Of a DNA stretch of 64,000 nt, positions 52,869-63,395 are shown one piece after another. The stretch comes from Dehalococcoidia bacterium. GTDB taxonomy: Bacteria > Chloroflexota > Dehalococcoidia > SZUA-161 > SpSt-899. Both the position numbers and the translations under genes were made by a program. Location: assembly GCA_041300025.1 (NCBI GenBank), contig JBGLNL010000001.1, positions 683,888-747,887 on the forward strand. The letters run 5' to 3'. The notes under the pieces are model-generated. The model ran no database searches, had not been told where the DNA came from, and was given only the letters and a program-made list of their open reading frames with translations. Numbering within the stretch: the stretch's first letter is position 1; every line of letters starts with the position of its first letter.

Positions 52869-54676
52869 TGTTTCTCTCTGTGATAGAGTTCAACAATATC
52901 GCCCACCGCAAAGTCGGAGAAGCCCTCTACACCTATACCACACTCATTGCCCGCAGCCAGTTCGGAAACATCATCCTTGAAGTGTTTCAAACTGGAGACC
53001 TTTGATTCATGTATTATTTCATTGTTGCGCACAACTCTTGCCGAGCAGTTTCTGGCAGCTTTCCCATCGATAACATAGCAACCGGCGATCTTGCCTCCGC
53101 GAACTTTGAAGAGAGCACGAACCTCCACATGTCCATCAATAACATCAGCGTAAGTTGGCTCCAGCATCCCTTTCATGGTTTTTTCTACATCTTCAATGAG
53201 TTTATAGATTACATCGTAGGTGCGTATTTCCACGCCCTCTGATTCGGCAAGCCGCGTGATCCTGGCATCCGGGCGTATATTAAATACAATAATGACCGCT
53301 CCCGAAGCAACGCCCAGCATGATATCGCTTTCCGTGATACCCCCGCTACCGGAATGAATAACCCTGACTTTCAGCTTCTCATTCTCAAGTTGCTCAAGAG
53401 ATCTGGTAATTGGCCCGATGCTTCCCTGAACATCAGTTTTGATGATTAGATTCAACCCCTTCGCTTCTCCGCTACGAATTTGAGATGAAACATCATCAAG
53501 AGTGGGGGATTTGGCTTTTTGCGTATGCTGCTGGGCCTTTTGTTCCTCGACTATGCTCCGGGCTTTGCGCTCATCTGCTACTACCTTGAAATGTTCTCCA
53601 GCCTGAGCCACCTCATTCAATCCCATGACCTCAACCGGCGTTGAAGGCCCGGCAGACATGATTCGATTGCCATCATAGTCAAACATGGCTTTAATCTTTC
53701 CCCAACGGGAATCTGCCATTACCAGAATACTCCCAATATTAAGAGTTCCTTTCTGAACTAACAGGGTAGCCAGGGTACCTTTGTTACTATCCAGCTTGCT
53801 CTCGATCACCACGCCATGAGCAGGCACTCTGGGATTTGCCTTGAGTTCCGCCACCTCGGCCACAACAAGTATATTCTCAAGTAATTCCTGAATACCCTGT
53901 CCAATCTTTGCCGAAACGGGCACGGCAATCACATTCCCACCCCACTCCTCGATGATCAGATCATATTCGGCGAGCTGCTGTTTAACACGCTCAACATTCG
54001 CCTCTGGTTTATCTATTTTGTTGATAGCCACGATAACCGGAACATTGGCTGCTTTGATATGGTTGATAGCTTCGACGGTTTGAGGCATTATTCCATCATC
54101 AGCAGCAATAACCAGAACAGCTATATCGGTAATACTGGCCCCTCTTGCGCGCATGGCAGTGAAAGCCTCGTGCCCCGGAGTATCAACGAAGGTAATTATC
54201 TGATTATTGAACGTAACCTGATACGCCCCGATATGCTGCGTAATATCGCCTGCTTCATTGGCGATAATATTGCTCAGCCTGATAGCATCAAGGAGACTGG
54301 TCTTACCGTGATCAACATGTCCCAGAATTGTCACAACAGGCGGCCGCGGCTTTAGCCCCTTGGCCTCCTTTTTGGTGACTTTAGCGTCTCTGGCAGTAAA
54401 CACAGTTCCAATTTCCTGCTCCAGCTTGCACTCAAAACCCATTTCGGTAGCGACAGAAGCCGCAGTATCGTAATCGACGGTCTGATTGACAGCGGCCATT
54501 ACCCCCCTTTTCATGAGGCGTTTGATGGCTTCTATTGAACTAATCCCCACCAGATTGGCCAGTTGCTTCACCGTAATCGACTTCGGAAGAGTCAGGATGC
54601 GATTTTCCTCGACACTCCCAAAATTCGCCTTCTTTGGGGTTGGGGCAGTTTTATTGGTCGCCGGTTGTTGTTTCAT
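52865..54676 (-). CDS. infB: Translation initiation factor IF-2
   Basis: GTPase block [22 protein letters not shown] and NKID. 603 aa. Confidence 0.95.
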   Translation of the reverse strand: MKQQPATNKTAPTPKKANFGSVEENRILTLPKSITVKQLANLVGISSIEAIKRLMKRGVMAAVNQTVDYDTAASVATEMGFECKLEQEIGTVFTARDAKVTKKEAKGLKPRPPVVTILGHVDHGKTSLLDAIRLSNIIANEAGDITQHIGAYQVTFNNQIITFVDTPGHEAFTAMRARGASITDIAVLVIAADDGIMPQTVEAINHIKAANVPVIVAINKIDKPEANVERVKQQLAEYDLIIEEWGGNVIAVPVSAKIGQGIQELLENILVVAEVAELKANPRVPAHGVVIESKLDSNKGTLATLLVQKGTLNIGSILVMADSRWGKIKAMFDYDGNRIMSAGPSTPVEVMGLNEVAQAGEHFKVVADERKARSIVEEQKAQQHTQKAKSPTLDDVSSQIRSGEAKGLNLIIKTDVQGSIGPITRSLEQLENEKLKVRVIHSGSGGITESDIMLGVASGAVIIVFNIRPDARITRLAESEGVEIRTYDVIYKLIEDVEKTMKGMLEPTYADVIDGHVEVRALFKVRGGKIAGCYVIDGKAARNCSARVVRNNEIIHESKVSSLKHFKDDVSELAAGNECGIGVEGFSDFAVGDIVELYHREKQ

Positions 54677-54697
54677 CCAGTTCCTTTCGCCATATCA

Positions 54698-54994
54698 TCA
54701 AACAGCGGGGAAGTTCTTCCCATATTCAAAAAGAGCCTCTCGATTTTCAGGAGCAATGTTTGTTCGCAGGGCGCGCGCCAGCCGATCTTTGCGATCCCCC
54801 TTGAGCGCCAATTCCCAACATGCTCTATTTCTGCATAGATATGCGCCACGTCCCGGCTCTTTACCTTCATAATCAGGCCTGATTTTCCCATCAGTGAAAG
54901 CGGCGAGCCTGATCAATTCCATCTTCGGTTTGACTTGAAAACAGGCAACGCACGTTCTTTGCGGAACACGACATTTAATGGGACTCATCATCAT
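54698..54994 (-). CDS. ylxR: YlxR/DUF448 RNA-binding protein
   Basis: PQRTCVACFQVKPKMELIRL...GRGAYLC motif. Start set at ATGATGATG 54994, overlapping the nusA 3' end by 20 nt. Confidence 0.8.
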   Translation of the reverse strand: MMMSPIKCRVPQRTCVACFQVKPKMELIRLAAFTDGKIRPDYEGKEPGRGAYLCRNRACWELALKGDRKDRLARALRTNIAPENREALFEYGKNFPAV

Positions 54995-56384
54995 CTTGTC
55001 CAAGATCAAAATCATCCTCTTCATCCTCTTCATCCTCATCCTCATCCCCTTCAAACATCTTCATGGCTCTTGCCTTTCTCTTGGCTTTACCTTTTTCTGC
55101 CGCTTGCTTCTTCTTTTTCTTCCCTTTATCCGGTTCTTCGTCAACAGATTGAGAGGGCAACAAATCCTCAGCAAAACGGATACCGGCTTCCGCGGTTGCG
55201 GGCGCTTCTTCCGCGATTACCGGTGCACCACGGACAAATTCCTCTTCTTCCGGTTCCTCTTCCGGTTCGTCAATTATTTCCTCAACTTCTTCAATCGGTT
55301 CGAGGAATTCCTTGACTTCCTCAACCTCTGCTATTGCCGGCTCTTCTTTAATAAAGAGCCCTGCCTCTGCAGCGGCACTTGCACTCTTGATGTCTATTCT
55401 CCAATCCGTCAATTTTGCCGTGAGCCGGGCATTCTGGCCTTCTTTACCGATGGCCAGTGACAACTCATTATCAGGCACTATTACTATGGCCGTGTTCTCC
55501 GCCGGGTCCATCCTTACTTCCAATGCCCGGGCCGGGCCTATTGCATTGGCAATGAATTGCCTTTGGTCAGGAGCCCATTCAACGATATCAATTTTTTCAC
55601 CCTGTATCTCGTTGCTAACGTTTTTAATCCTGATACCCCGCAATCCGATGCATGATCCCACAGGATCAATCCCTGCCTGATGTGAAATAACGGCTAACTT
55701 GGTACGAAATCCAGCCTCACGAGCTACACCTTTTATCTCTACAATGCCGTTCTTGATCTCCGGTACCTCAAGCTCAAACAACCTCTGAACCAGCTTGGGA
55801 TGGGACCTTGAGAGTAACAGCCGTGGCCCTCTATTGGTTTGAGTCACTTCTACCAGATACACCTGAAGGTGCTGACCCGCCCGATACTGTTCCGCTCGTA
55901 CCTGTTCAGAGAAAGGCATTATCCCTTCCGCCTGGCCCAATTCTACCAGAATTTGACGGGGGTCTATCCGCTTTACAACCCCACTCAACACCTCGCCTGC
56001 CTTGTGGGCAAACGTGCCAAAAATAAATTGGTGTTCAGCCTCACGCAGGCGCTGCATAACTACCTGCTTGGCTGTCTGGACACCAATCCGCCCCGCATCC
56101 AGTGGATCAATTTCGATATCAACTGTTTCCCCTAACTTGATACCTTTTTGCAGCTTCCGGGCATCGGCAAGGGAAATTTCAAGACCGGGATCTTCCGGCG
56201 ATTTTACAACGGTTTTATGAGCATGTGCTTTGATATCTCCGGTAGCAGCAACTATCTCCACCGAGAGATCATAATTCTTATACATGGAGAGTAAAGCTGC
56301 CTTTACTGCGTCGAGCACCATATCCTTCGGCAAATTACGCTCCGCTGCCAGCTGGGTTATAGCCAATAAAAACTCGTTTTTCAT
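54975..56384 (-). CDS. nusA: Transcription termination/antitermination factor NusA with an acidic C-terminal tail
   Basis: MKNEFLLAITQLAAERNLPKDMVL N-terminus and S1/KH regions. The D/E-rich tail is encoded by catcctc-type repeats at 55000-55050. Confidence 0.9.
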   Translation of the reverse strand: MKNEFLLAITQLAAERNLPKDMVLDAVKAALLSMYKNYDLSVEIVAATGDIKAHAHKTVVKSPEDPGLEISLADARKLQKGIKLGETVDIEIDPLDAGRIGVQTAKQVVMQRLREAEHQFIFGTFAHKAGEVLSGVVKRIDPRQILVELGQAEGIMPFSEQVRAEQYRAGQHLQVYLVEVTQTNRGPRLLLSRSHPKLVQRLFELEVPEIKNGIVEIKGVAREAGFRTKLAVISHQAGIDPVGSCIGLRGIRIKNVSNEIQGEKIDIVEWAPDQRQFIANAIGPARALEVRMDPAENTAIVIVPDNELSLAIGKEGQNARLTAKLTDWRIDIKSASAAAEAGLFIKEEPAIAEVEEVKEFLEPIEEVEEIIDEPEEEPEEEEFVRGAPVIAEEAPATAEAGIRFAEDLLPSQSVDEEPDKGKKKKKQAAEKGKAKRKARAMKMFEGDEDEDEEDEEDDFDLGQDDDESH

Positions 56385-56524
56385 TTCGCTGAAGACCCTC
56401 ACTTTTCTCAGCAGAAACTAAAGAAGTGGGTACGATACCCACTTCCATGTCACGGGCAACATATTAGCACGTTTCACCCTCTTTTGCAAACGTCATCATC
56501 AATTATTTTATTTTGTGTTGGCAT

Positions 56525-57358
56525 TTACTTCTTTAGTTGGCTGATCACCTCTTCGATGACCCATTCCGGCGTCGAAGCACCGGCGGTAATACCAACACGA
56601 GATTGATTATCCCACTCCAGAGAATCGAGTTCACGGGCGGTTTCAATATGCAAAGTCTTTACCCCCGTTGAAAGACAAATCTCGGCAAGATGTCTGGTGT
56701 TGGCACTATCGTGCCCGCCGATTACCAGCATCCAGTCAACCTCTGAAGCCAGTTTCAGGGCCGCTGCCTGACGTTTACCGGTAGCATCGCATATGGTATT
56801 GAATATTCGCATTTCAGAAAGTGAGGCCAGTTCGGAATCGATGAGTTTTGCCAGAAAGGCAGCAAACTCCTTCCTGCTTTGGGTGGTCTGGGAAAGAATC
56901 CCAATCCTGCGAGGTGGGTTTTTAAAACGGGGAACAGCGGTGGTAGCGATGGCATCATCTCCAGCCCTGGAAAGCAACCCCTCAACTTCCGTATGATAAG
57001 CATCGCCAAAAACCAGAACCTTAAAACCTTCCTCATACAGGTTATGAGCCACCTGCTGGGCATTGCGCACAATAGGACAGGTGGCATCGATTACGTTCAG
57101 TCCTCGCTCTTCAGCCTGCATCAGTATCTCGGCTCTTATACCATGCGAGGGAATCAGCAGGGTATCCCCTTCCATTTCGTCCAGATTCCTGATTATGCGC
57201 ATTCCCCTCGCGCTCAGGGCGTCAACCACCTGACGATTATGCACTATGGCACCAAGGCTTTCCAGCGATCCTCGCTCCGCAACCGCCCGCTCAGCCAGTT
57301 CGACCGCACGCCGCACACCAAAGCAAAACCCCATCTCATCTGCCAGCCTGATTTCCAT
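56525..57358 (-). CDS. ispH: 4-hydroxy-3-methylbut-2-enyl diphosphate reductase
   Basis: MEIRLADEMGFCFGVRRAV...ATCPIV...HDSANT. Confidence 0.9.
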   Translation of the reverse strand: MEIRLADEMGFCFGVRRAVELAERAVAERGSLESLGAIVHNRQVVDALSARGMRIIRNLDEMEGDTLLIPSHGIRAEILMQAEERGLNVIDATCPIVRNAQQVAHNLYEEGFKVLVFGDAYHTEVEGLLSRAGDDAIATTAVPRFKNPPRRIGILSQTTQSRKEFAAFLAKLIDSELASLSEMRIFNTICDATGKRQAAALKLASEVDWMLVIGGHDSANTRHLAEICLSTGVKTLHIETARELDSLEWDNQSRVGITAGASTPEWVIEEVISQLKK

Positions 57359-57375
57359 TTACAGCTCCTTTTGCA

Positions 57376-58155
57376 CTATCCATCATATATGCCTCGATAG
57401 TCCTGAGGCAACACCCGGGCAATCCGTTGCATGATAACATCGGCCGTTTCCCTCAATTGTTCTCTGTTCAATTTGCCCGTACTTTTTGCAAATGAAAAAG
57501 ACTGCCCGATAGTAACTTTTGCCACAGGGCGTCTGAAGATCAGCTTTTTGCTTTGCAGATACTCACTCCCGCTTATACCCACAGGAACTATCGGAACGCC
57601 CGAACGAAGCGCGATGAACGCAACTCCGATTTCGCCTTTAGCCATGTGATGATCAAGGCTTCTTTTACCTTCGGGAAATACTCCCAGCACTGTCCCTCTC
57701 TCAAGCATTCTCAGCGCCTGACGAAGCGCCATACCGCTTTTCCCGAACTTCCTTGCTGAGAAAGCCCCCAGAGCTCTAATGAGAATGATTGACGGAAAAG
57801 TAAAAAGCTCATCCTTGGCCATGAACGTAATCTCCCGCGGGAAAACAGCCCCAAGCAACGGAGGGTCGGCCGTACTAAGGTGGTTCGCCACAACAATCAA
57901 AGGCCCGCTTCGAGGAACATTTTCCGTTCCTTCAACCTGCAAACGGGTAATCAAGTGAAAAAACATATCTCCGGCAGGTAGCAAAGCCCTGTACAGTAAC
58001 GACAAATTACATTCCCCCGCAGTTTTCGACTTGATTATACCCCACCCTGTTAATCGAGACAAAATGGAAAGCTGAAATCGTCCCACATAACCCATTACGT
58101 ATGATAAAATAAACACTAGTCTATAGGTAATTAAGATACTTACCAGTTTGATCAC
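57376..58155 (-). CDS. plsC: 1-acyl-sn-glycerol-3-phosphate acyltransferase family protein
   Basis: VANHLSTADPPLL (HX4D variant) and FPEGKRS blocks. The start is uncertain. Confidence 0.75.
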   Translation of the reverse strand: MIKLVSILITYRLVFILSYVMGYVGRFQLSILSRLTGWGIIKSKTAGECNLSLLYRALLPAGDMFFHLITRLQVEGTENVPRSGPLIVVANHLSTADPPLLGAVFPREITFMAKDELFTFPSIILIRALGAFSARKFGKSGMALRQALRMLERGTVLGVFPEGKRSLDHHMAKGEIGVAFIALRSGVPIVPVGISGSEYLQSKKLIFRRPVAKVTIGQSFSFAKSTGKLNREQLRETADVIMQRIARVLPQDYRGIYDG

Positions 58156-58245
58156 GAACTGAACTAAAGGAGCGCTCGGGCGGGTGATGACCGGTTATCA
58201 CGGATACTTCAGGAAAACCTTGAAGCTAACCACGGGGAGGCAATT

Positions 58246-58734
58246 TTGATTTTGAGAATGCTGACGGTGGGACCCTACATGTCAAATTGTTATATCGTGG
58301 GTTCCGAGCTCACGAAAGAGGGCCTCGTCATTGATCCCGGCGCAGAACCTGATGCTATCCTCAAAGTAATAAACAATCTGGGGATTAAGATCAAACTCAT
58401 AGTTGCCACTCACGGGCATATCGACCACGTCAGCGCCGTCAATCGGATTAAAGAAGCAACCGGCGCCCCTTTTGCCATGCACGAAGCTGAGACCGTCAAG
58501 GGGGGAGTATTCGAGAAATCGCCTCCGGTGGACAAACCGCTTAAACATGGCGACAGGATCGAAGTTGGAGACCTGCAATTTGAAGTCCGCCACACGCCGG
58601 GCCATTCACCGGGCGGGATCGTACTGGCAGGTGAAGGGATAGTCTTCAGTGGAGATACTCTGTTTCAGTTCAGCATCGGGCGGACCGACTTCCCCGGCGG
58701 GAGTTATGAGCAGGAGGAGTTAAATCTTCAGTAA
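58246..58734 (+). CDS. MBL-fold metallo-hydrolase (glyoxalase II-like), apparently lacking its native C-terminal ~45 aa
   Basis: ATHGHIDH, HTPGHSPG and GRTDFPGGSYEQ. The sequence then switches to ..EELNLQ*, which is antisense to the convergent gene. Confidence 0.7.
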   Translation: MILRMLTVGPYMSNCYIVGSELTKEGLVIDPGAEPDAILKVINNLGIKIKLIVATHGHIDHVSAVNRIKEATGAPFAMHEAETVKGGVFEKSPPVDKPLKHGDRIEVGDLQFEVRHTPGHSPGGIVLAGEGIVFSGDTLFQFSIGRTDFPGGSYEQEELNLQ

Positions 58735-59194
58735 ACTCTTTTCCCTTCAGTTCCCTGCCTGCAGGTTCCACCTTCTTCTTTGCTGCGCCCATATCTTCCG
58801 TAAGCTCATCGGGGACTTTCCTGTCGGAAATATCAGGTTCGGGGGTTTTCTTCGGATGACGGACTTCCGGCATTTCATCTGAAAGTTCCTCGCTAGCCAC
58901 TATTCCCCGGAATGAACCGGCATCGAAGCCTTCTTTCTGCTTAGGGGGTTGCTTTTGTATCGGGGGAGTCTTTACAGGGGGGCGTTCGTTCAGATCGAAT
59001 GCATCTTTGCTGCCAGAGGCTTTTGCCCCGGGTTTGGGAATTTCAAGATCATCCGATAATTCCGCCAGGTTTCGTTCCGGTTTTGCGGGGCTATCCAGCT
59101 CAGATTCGGAATCACGTTGATGGGACGGCTTCTTTTTACCTAAGTCATCTGATAGTTCCGAAAAATCGAAATCCCTTCTTTCTTTCTTAGCCAT
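58670..59194 (-). CDS. Disordered K/E/P-rich protein with five (E/D)(L/F)(S/T)(D/E)D(L/M) motifs
   Basis: FSELSDDL, LAELSDDL, EELSDEM, DELTEDM and KEFTEDL, spaced ~25-40 aa apart. The last ~17 codons are antisense to the MBL gene. Confidence 0.5.
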   Translation of the reverse strand: MAKKERRDFDFSELSDDLGKKKPSHQRDSESELDSPAKPERNLAELSDDLEIPKPGAKASGSKDAFDLNERPPVKTPPIQKQPPKQKEGFDAGSFRGIVASEELSDEMPEVRHPKKTPEPDISDRKVPDELTEDMGAAKKKVEPAGRELKGKEFTEDLTPPAHNSRRGSRSARC

Positions 59195-59521
59195 AACACT
59201 CTCATCTATGCGCCGGACCCCGCTGGCCCAGCAGCATTTGCCTTGCTATTCTCAATATCTTATTGTATCATTTGTTCACTTTGCCTTGAACGCTGACAAA
59301 AGTAAGCAAATCTAATCTGCATAAACGTTTGCTAAATCCACTCCTTCTCACTGTAATTTCAGAGTTCTACAGAATAGCACTAGTTGAGGAAAATGTCAAC
59401 CCCTCTCTTTATTTTATTTTAATCTATTACCTGCCCGGCTGGAGCAACCGAATACTTGTGACGATAGACTTTCCGGGTCGATTGATGTAATATGGCAAGT
59501 TGGGCAGGGCTACTGGAGGGA

Positions 59522-60664
59522 ATGATGGATTTTGAATTAAATGATGAACAGTTAATGTTTCAGCAAACTGTTCGTGATTTTGTAGCCAACGAAGTCGAAC
59601 CGTACGCAGCGAAGTGGGATGAGACAGAAGAGTTCCCTCATGAAACCATCAGGAAAATGGCAGAGATAGAGCTTTTTGGAGTGCCATTTCCGGAAGAATA
59701 TGGTGGAAATGGAGATGAACTATCGTTTATTTTGGCTACTGAGGAGATTTCCAGAGGTTCAGCGGGGCTGGGAATAATATACCTGGTCAGTTCCGGTCTG
59801 TCGATGACCCCGATCTTACTTTGCGGGAATGAAGCCCAGAAGCGCCGGTATACGTCAAAGGTAATTCAGGGCAAGATTTGCGCTTTCGGGCTTACGGAAG
59901 AAGCAGCCGGAAGTGATGTGGCTGCGCTGGAAACCGGTTACGTTCAGGAAGGCGATCATTATATCCTCAACGGAACTAAGATTTTTATCACCAACGGTGG
60001 CGAAGCGGATTTTATCACCACATTCGCCACAAAGGACAGAGCACTCGGCCATCGTGGTATCAGTGCGTTTATCGTGGAAAGCGGGACCCCGGGATTTTCA
60101 GTGGGTAAACGTGAAAACAAGATGGGATTGCATCCGGCTTCCGCGACCGAACTGATTTTCGATAATTGCCGGATACCGGCGGGTAACCTGATAGGCGAGG
60201 AAGGCAAGGGTTTCAAGATAGCTCTGGAAGCTATTAATGCCAGCCGGGTGAGTATTGCGGCTCAAGCGCTGGGAATAGCTCAGGCAGCTTACGAAGTTGC
60301 GATTGACTATGCAAAAAAGCGCAGGCAATTTGGCACTGAATTGGCTAGACTTCAGGCTATTCAATGGATGATTGCAGATATGGCCACCGATATTGACGCT
60401 GCCCGTCTCCTTACTTACCGCGCTGCCTGGTTAGCTCAAGCAAAGAAAGATTTTCTCAAAGAAGCTGCCATGGCGAAACTCTTCGCTTCCGAGGCGGCGA
60501 ACAGGGTTTGCCACAAGTCACTACAGATTTTTGGAGGGTATGGCTATATTAAGGATTTCTCCATAGAGCGCTATACCCGTGATCAGCGGATCACTGAAAT
60601 CTATGAGGGCACCTCGGAGATGCAACGCTGGACAATCGCCCGGAAAGTGCTGGGCATGAAATAG
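59522..60664 (+). CDS. Acyl-CoA dehydrogenase (short/medium-chain type)
   Basis: MMDFELNDEQLMFQQTVRDFV...FGGYGYIKDFSIERYTRDQRITEIYEGTSEMQ. Confidence 0.9.
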   Translation: MMDFELNDEQLMFQQTVRDFVANEVEPYAAKWDETEEFPHETIRKMAEIELFGVPFPEEYGGNGDELSFILATEEISRGSAGLGIIYLVSSGLSMTPILLCGNEAQKRRYTSKVIQGKICAFGLTEEAAGSDVAALETGYVQEGDHYILNGTKIFITNGGEADFITTFATKDRALGHRGISAFIVESGTPGFSVGKRENKMGLHPASATELIFDNCRIPAGNLIGEEGKGFKIALEAINASRVSIAAQALGIAQAAYEVAIDYAKKRRQFGTELARLQAIQWMIADMATDIDAARLLTYRAAWLAQAKKDFLKEAAMAKLFASEAANRVCHKSLQIFGGYGYIKDFSIERYTRDQRITEIYEGTSEMQRWTIARKVLGMK

Positions 60665-60706
60665 AATCTGATTAACCCCATAACCCCAAAAGTCACAACT
60701 TATTCC
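60664..60706. repeat. Miniature MITE-family copy
   Basis: gaatctgattaaccccataaccccaaaagtcacaacttattc combines both family end boxes (..ctgatcaacccc.. and ..gaagtcaccacttatt..). It starts at the last base of the stop codon. Confidence 0.45.
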
Positions 60707-60757
60707 TCATGTTTCTATAAAAATTGTAACCCTCGCAATTTTCCTCCCAAACACCAA

Positions 60758-62542
60758 TTAACTGCCACTTCCAATCGCGTAGAGGGGACCAAAACCAGAA
60801 CCAAAGTAGATAGTGCCGTCCGCCCCGATCACTGGTGAAGACTCAGCATCCCCTCCGACTTCGTATTTCCAATTGAGGGAACCACCCGCGCTCAAAGCGT
60901 AGATGTAACCGTCATCCGAGCCGAAGTAGACGATCCCGTTCGCTCCGATTGTCGGCGATGATTTAATAGAGTTCCCCGTCTCGTAATACCACTTCGGCGT
61001 CCCATTCGGGTTCAAAGCGTAGAAATAGCCATCATTCGAGCCAAAGTATATTGTGCCATCCGCTCCAATCGCTGGTGAGGTGGTAACCCAGTCCCCTGTC
61101 CTTTTGGGCCATCTCAGGGAACCATCCGGGTTCAGGGCATAGAGGCAGCCATCATTCGAGCCAAAATAAATAGTGCCGTCTGTCCCTATTGCCGGGGAAG
61201 ATTTAATTGAGTTACCTGTTTCATATTTCCATTTCAGCGATCCGTCTGAATTAATGGCATAGAAGTGCTTATCATCAGAGCCGAAATAAATGGTGCCATC
61301 CAGACCTATTGCCGGAGAGGATTTGATTAAATTACCTGTTTCATATTTCCATTTCAGCGTTCCATCTGGATCAAGAGCGTAGAGGCAATTATCGTATGAA
61401 CCGAAATAGATAATGCCGCCCTCACCTATAACAGGAGAAGAAGCAACCGAGTTCCCCGTTGCATACCGCCATTTCCGGGAGCCATCCGTATCCAAGGCAT
61501 ATAAATAGTTGTCACGCGAGCCAAAATAGATGGTGCCGTCTGCCCTGATTGCTGGTGAGGAGTCAACACCACCTCCCGTCTCATAATTCCATTTTAAAGA
61601 GCCATCCGGGTTGACGGCATAGAGGTATTTATCGTATGAGCCAAAGTAGATAGTTCCGTCCGAGCCGATTGCAGGAGAAGAAGCGATGGGAGCGCCCGTT
61701 CCATAAGACCACTTCAGTGTGGACTCGGCAGAGCCGCTATACGGGCTCTTTCCGGTGTGTTGAGATCCATAGCGGAACATTGGCCACGGGGTATTTGCCA
61801 AAGAAAATCTGGAGAAGTTGGCAACTATGGATATGTCATTATCAATAGTCAAGGTGATCGATTTAGACGTGCCTTCAATATCCCCGCTCCAGTTATTGAA
61901 GGCATATTTTTCAGACGGATTGGCAGTTATGGTTATCTCAGTTCCCTTCTCATAAGCACCACTTGCCGGGCTAACTTTGCCCCCTTCTTTGGGAATTATA
62001 TCTATATTAAGAGCGCATTTCCTCTGGAAATATGCCACTACTCTTTTTGCCCCATCCATAGTAATGGTAGTTTCCTTTGAATTACCGGTAACATCTCCAG
62101 TCCAATGGTCGAAGACGTACCCTTCTGCAGGAATGGCTGTTAACTTTACTTCGGTTCCATTTGCAAATTCACCACCATTCGGGCTGACCGAGCCGCTTCT
62201 ATCAGGGGTTACATGTATGTTAAGTGTGAGAGTATTTTTCTTGATAAAGTGGGCGATAACTGACTTATCCTGAGACATCGTTACGGTTACTTTATCTGAG
62301 GTACCAGTGGAATCTCCGCTCCAGTGGCCGAATATGTATCCCTCCGCTGGGGTAGCAGTCAGGATTACCTCGGCGCCCTTATCGTAATTACCGCTGGCAG
62401 GAACAACAGAGCCACCATCTGTCGGGGAAACTGAGACTGCAAGCGAATATTCGGTTCCGCCGCCACCACAACTTCCCGGCACTAAAGATGCTAACATCAC
62501 TATGGCTATAACCAAAGCATGTAAACAAATCTCTCTATTCAT
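60758..62542 (-). CDS. Secreted protein: 3 InlB-B-repeat-like Ig modules plus a PQQ-like beta-propeller
   Basis: Three ~75-aa modules (..GGSVSP..G.Y..GTEV.LTA.PAEGY.F.HW(S/T)GD..G.S...T.TM...). These are followed by 8 repeats of the form GTIYFGS.D..LYAL.PDGSLKW.YETG. ATG 62542 follows GGAGGAGGG. Confidence 0.8.
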   Translation of the reverse strand: MNREICLHALVIAIVMLASLVPGSCGGGGTEYSLAVSVSPTDGGSVVPASGNYDKGAEVILTATPAEGYIFGHWSGDSTGTSDKVTVTMSQDKSVIAHFIKKNTLTLNIHVTPDRSGSVSPNGGEFANGTEVKLTAIPAEGYVFDHWTGDVTGNSKETTITMDGAKRVVAYFQRKCALNIDIIPKEGGKVSPASGAYEKGTEITITANPSEKYAFNNWSGDIEGTSKSITLTIDNDISIVANFSRFSLANTPWPMFRYGSQHTGKSPYSGSAESTLKWSYGTGAPIASSPAIGSDGTIYFGSYDKYLYAVNPDGSLKWNYETGGGVDSSPAIRADGTIYFGSRDNYLYALDTDGSRKWRYATGNSVASSPVIGEGGIIYFGSYDNCLYALDPDGTLKWKYETGNLIKSSPAIGLDGTIYFGSDDKHFYAINSDGSLKWKYETGNSIKSSPAIGTDGTIYFGSNDGCLYALNPDGSLRWPKRTGDWVTTSPAIGADGTIYFGSNDGYFYALNPNGTPKWYYETGNSIKSSPTIGANGIVYFGSDDGYIYALSAGGSLNWKYEVGGDAESSPVIGADGTIYFGSGFGPLYAIGSGS

Positions 62543-62794
62543 CCTGCCCTCCTCCCCAACTATTTTTTGTATTCCGTGCAAATCAAGAGCAGCAATCCAC
62601 TTGTTCCGGGAATAATGGATTCCACAGTGTTTTGTCTACCCTTGTTTTTCTATTGCAATCCGATATATGGTGACTTTACATCGAAATCCATGGCCTTGTC
62701 AATCTCTATACATTATATTACCAATATGTATTTCCCTGTAAAAAGCTTCAATCAATATTTTCTTATCCCCATCAGCGATTTCAAAATTAAATCG

Positions 62795-63169
62795 TTATCT
62801 CTTCAACCTCAGAATCCGTTCCGCTGTTGCGACTATGGTTTCCATACTGCATGGTTTCTTCAGATAATCCACTGCTCCCCGCTGTTTAAACTCAGCTTCA
62901 GAGCCACGGTCTGCTACCGCTGTCAGCATAACCACCGGCAGTTCGGGCCTCTCGACTTTTAATCTATCCATCACCTGCTGGCCGTTCATTCCCGGCATCA
63001 TGATATCCAGAAACATCATGTCGAAGCTTGCCCCTGTAAGGATTTCAAGTGCTTCCCATCCGCTTGAGGCAACATCCACAAAATAACCCGCATCCTCCAG
63101 AGCCTCGGAAACAACTTCACGTACTGATTCCTCATCATCAACTACTAATATGAAGCCTTTTCCACTCAT
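62795..63169 (-). CDS. Single-domain response regulator (CheY-like receiver)
   Basis: ILVVDDEESVREVV...MFLDIMMPGMNG...LTAV...K. Confidence 0.85.
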   Translation of the reverse strand: MSGKGFILVVDDEESVREVVSEALEDAGYFVDVASSGWEALEILTGASFDMMFLDIMMPGMNGQQVMDRLKVERPELPVVMLTAVADRGSEAEFKQRGAVDYLKKPCSMETIVATAERILRLKR

Positions 63170-63240
63170 CTGATTTCTCCCTTTAACTCTATTGTGATGC
63201 TAACCTGTTCGTAAGTCCTGCATATTATTAATCAGGCAAC

Positions 63241-63337
63241 CAAATATGCTATGTCATTCCGGCCACCGAGCCGGAATCCACTTCCCCATTCCCCTATGGA
63301 TTCCCGCTCCCCGATCAGGTCGAGGACAAGCTTCGCG
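63241..63337. repeat. GTCATTCC-type palindromic repeat element (~97 bp)
   Basis: Terminal inverted repeat atgtcattcc / ggaatgacat. Internal hairpins ttccggc-caccgag-ccggaa and ggattcccgc...gcgggaat. Confidence 0.6.
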
Positions 63338-63395
63338 GGAATGACATAAACGGTCATTGTGTCCTCTTTTAATTGCCGGTTTAATAATTCCCAAA

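Noticed and set aside
55000-55060. catcctc(t/a)tc short tandem repeats
   Set aside because: They are the in-frame coding repeat for the acidic D/E tail of NusA, overlapping the ylxR start. This is not a regulatory or CRISPR-like repeat.
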